Positions 62,620-64,000 of a DNA stretch of 64,000 nucleotides are shown in pieces (within the stretch, counting starts at the first letter, position 1; the number at the start of each line of letters is the position of its first letter). Source of the DNA: Nanobdellota archaeon. Its GTDB lineage: Archaea; Nanobdellota; Nanobdellia; Woesearchaeales; JBHPFW01. The stretch spans positions 4,131 through 68,130 of the forward strand of contig JBHPFW010000006.1 of NCBI GenBank assembly GCA_042571645.1, in the 5' to 3' direction. The position numbers and the translations under genes were made by a program. The notes under the pieces are model-generated. The model searched no databases. It had not been told where the DNA came from and saw nothing but the letters and a program-made list of their open reading frames with translations.

Positions 62620-62797
62620 TGGGGCTACCCAGATTCGAACTGGGGTCTTCTGGCTTTTTTGTATAAGCTCAGTTGAGCCTAACACCCAAACCAGAGAGGA
62701 TAGATTGCCTCCCGTAATTCCAGCAATTCACTAGAATTGTGCAGGACCAGGCTACCCCATAGCTTAATGCTGAATAACCTTTAGGTTATAAAGTCCC
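62620..62797 (-). tRNA. tRNA-Pro(UGG) candidate interrupted by a canonical 37/38 intron and two putative non-canonical introns (3/4 and D-loop)
   Basis: The minus strand carries a T-arm CCCAG-TTCGAAT-CTGGG and a 3' acceptor TAGCCCC followed by A and then a T-run. The anticodon arm is TCTGG-TTTGGG[30-nt insert]G-CCAGA. The D-arm is T-G-GGGT-AGCCTGGTCC[42-nt insert]A-TCCT. The 5' acceptor GCTA is preceded by a 31-nt hairpin-containing insert and then GGG (62795-62797). The exons sum to 75 nt. No CCA is encoded. Confidence 0.65.
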
Positions 62798-62898
62798 ATC
62801 GTATGGAATAGCATTATATGCGGGTTAATCTCTGCTTTTTAAATGTATCGCTGATTCAAGTATTATAATAGAATAAGAAAAAATAAGTTAAAAAGATT

Positions 62899-64000
62899 TT
62901 AATTTACTGGCCAAGTTTGGTAGGTTCCTCCTTTGCAAGCACCATCTTCACATCCCATTGGGCATCTTACTATTTTGGTCTTGTAGGTGCCTCCACAGTA
63001 AAACTCTATTAATCTGTCGGTACCGTCAGAATCAGCTCCCCAGCAATGGTCATAAACTCTGTCATAGTTTGAGTTAGTATCTAATCCTGCAGATGTTATC
63101 CTCTTGTTAAGAACTTTGATGTATCCCTTCTTAAAGAAGTTTGTTTGAGGGTGCTGACCATCTACATCGCTTTTGAAATAGCAAGCTCCTGGTTCATAAC
63201 CTGAGCCAGTATCTCTTCCGCACACTCCTAATCCACAAATAGTTGGTTTTGGGCAGTCATATACTTCTCTTTGCAACATGCCTGTGTTTTTATTACAGAC
63301 TAATTTATTGACTTGAAGTATATTTTCGCAGTTATCATACTCAGTGACCCATTTCCATCCAGCCCATACTCTAACAGATCTTAGATTACTTTTTTTATCA
63401 TTACTGTCTGGAATTTTAGTCAAGTAATTTTTTGTGTCCATATCAATCGGATTACACTGTCCTTCTTTGTATTCAGAAGCTACACTGTCACTAGTGTCTA
63501 CTTGTGTTGTGAAGCTTACTTGGGATGATGCCAACTCACCTATTTTGTATTCAGAAAAATAGGTTTTTGAATTAATATTGTAGAATCCGATTTGGCCTTG
63601 TGTTCTTTTTAATGGCATTGTTCCAATCTTCACAGCATTTACTCTAATTTCTGCTTCATTAGGACTAATCACTTTGATGTGTATTGTGGCTTCTTCTGCG
63701 TTTTTGGTATTCACTCCTTTGCCAGCTAATGATATTGTTTTCACATAATTTTCGTTTCTATCAGCACAAGAACCTCCCCATCCATATTGCAAGAATCCAA
63801 GGTCGAATTTTATATTTACATAATGATAACCTGCAAGAGGTCTGACGCCTGAGAGTGTTAAAGGTTGATTGCAATCAGGCCATTGCATTCCAAATGTAAT
63901 TCCTCCACTACGATCTCTGCCTACTTTTTGAGGTCTTATTCTAACCAGAATCTCTTTCCCTAACGCATCAAAATAAGGTTGAGATTTGGTTGCATCATAT
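62899..64000 (-). CDS. 3' part of a Cys-rich secreted-type protein whose 5' end lies beyond the window
   Basis: The frame of the 62899..63888 track ORF remains open to nt 63999 (...YDATKSQPYFDALGKEILVRIRPQKVGRDRSGGITFGMQWPDCNQ...). The C-terminal half has many Cys (CPKPTICGLGVCG, CPMGCEDGACKGG). No family was recognised. Confidence 0.55.
   Translation of the reverse strand, partial: YDATKSQPYFDALGKEILVRIRPQKVGRDRSGGITFGMQWPDCNQPLTLSGVRPLAGYHYVNIKFDLGFLQYGWGGSCADRNENYVKTISLAGKGVNTKNAEEATIHIKVISPNEAEIRVNAVKIGTMPLKRTQGQIGFYNINSKTYFSEYKIGELASSQVSFTTQVDTSDSVASEYKEGQCNPIDMDTKNYLTKIPDSNDKKSNLRSVRVWAGWKWVTEYDNCENILQVNKLVCNKNTGMLQREVYDCPKPTICGLGVCGRDTGSGYEPGACYFKSDVDGQHPQTNFFKKGYIKVLNKRITSAGLDTNSNYDRVYDHCWGADSDGTDRLIEFYCGGTYKTKIVRCPMGCEDGACKGGTYQTWPVN

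Noticed and set aside
62758-62797. A simpler tRNA model starting at GGGGTAG (62758) without the upstream 3/4 intron
   Set aside because: That model leaves an A:A mismatch in the acceptor stem and no nucleotides for positions 8-13. By contrast, T-G-GGGT-AGCCTGGTCC aligns perfectly as positions 8-20 of archaeal tRNA-Pro, which forces the acceptor 5' strand to lie upstream. The simple model remains a possible reading if the locus is a pseudogene.

Overview
AT-rich archaeal chromosome segment. The archaeal assignment rests on an archaeal-type DnaG, RpoP, L37ae, S6e, prefoldin beta, Pcc1, a Rio1 kinase and an intron-bearing tRNA. By inference only, the source is a small-genome DPANN-like archaeon. 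The flanks (1-8.3 kb and 58.2-64 kb) carry housekeeping genes. The centre (about 8.3-58.2 kb, roughly three quarters of the window) is a single accessory island built almost entirely of secreted or membrane-anchored multidomain proteins, with ORFs of 6296, 3367, 2400, 1256 and 1043 aa. The island is two convergent gene blocks. The plus block is tandem-HTH regulator > S8 protease-adhesin > 6296-aa giant > PfkB kinase, then a promoter gap, then the 3367-aa protein > 345 aa > 439 aa. The minus block is the 2400-aa protein > 345 aa, then a promoter gap, then a 50-aa RHH protein > 1043 aa > THUMP methyltransferase. The most unusual feature is a module used 14 times, in which a LamG (concanavalin-like) domain is inserted inside a ~95-aa domain that also occurs uninterrupted. 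In two copies the LamG itself carries a further Cys-containing insert. Other island content: S8 and M64-like protease modules, beta-helix and Gly-rich solenoid regions, nine tandem 115-aa repeats, CxxCG clusters, an integrin-like FG-GAP propeller, a shared Cys-rich stalk plus TM anchor, and shared N-terminal and C-terminal sorting-like motifs. Features outside the ORF track: rpoP (45 aa), the RHH gene, a tRNA-Pro(UGG) that appears to need three introns, several GC-rich stem-closed intergenic elements (candidate ncRNAs) and operator-like repeats at island promoters. No CRISPR array, rRNA, transposase or reverse transcriptase was seen.
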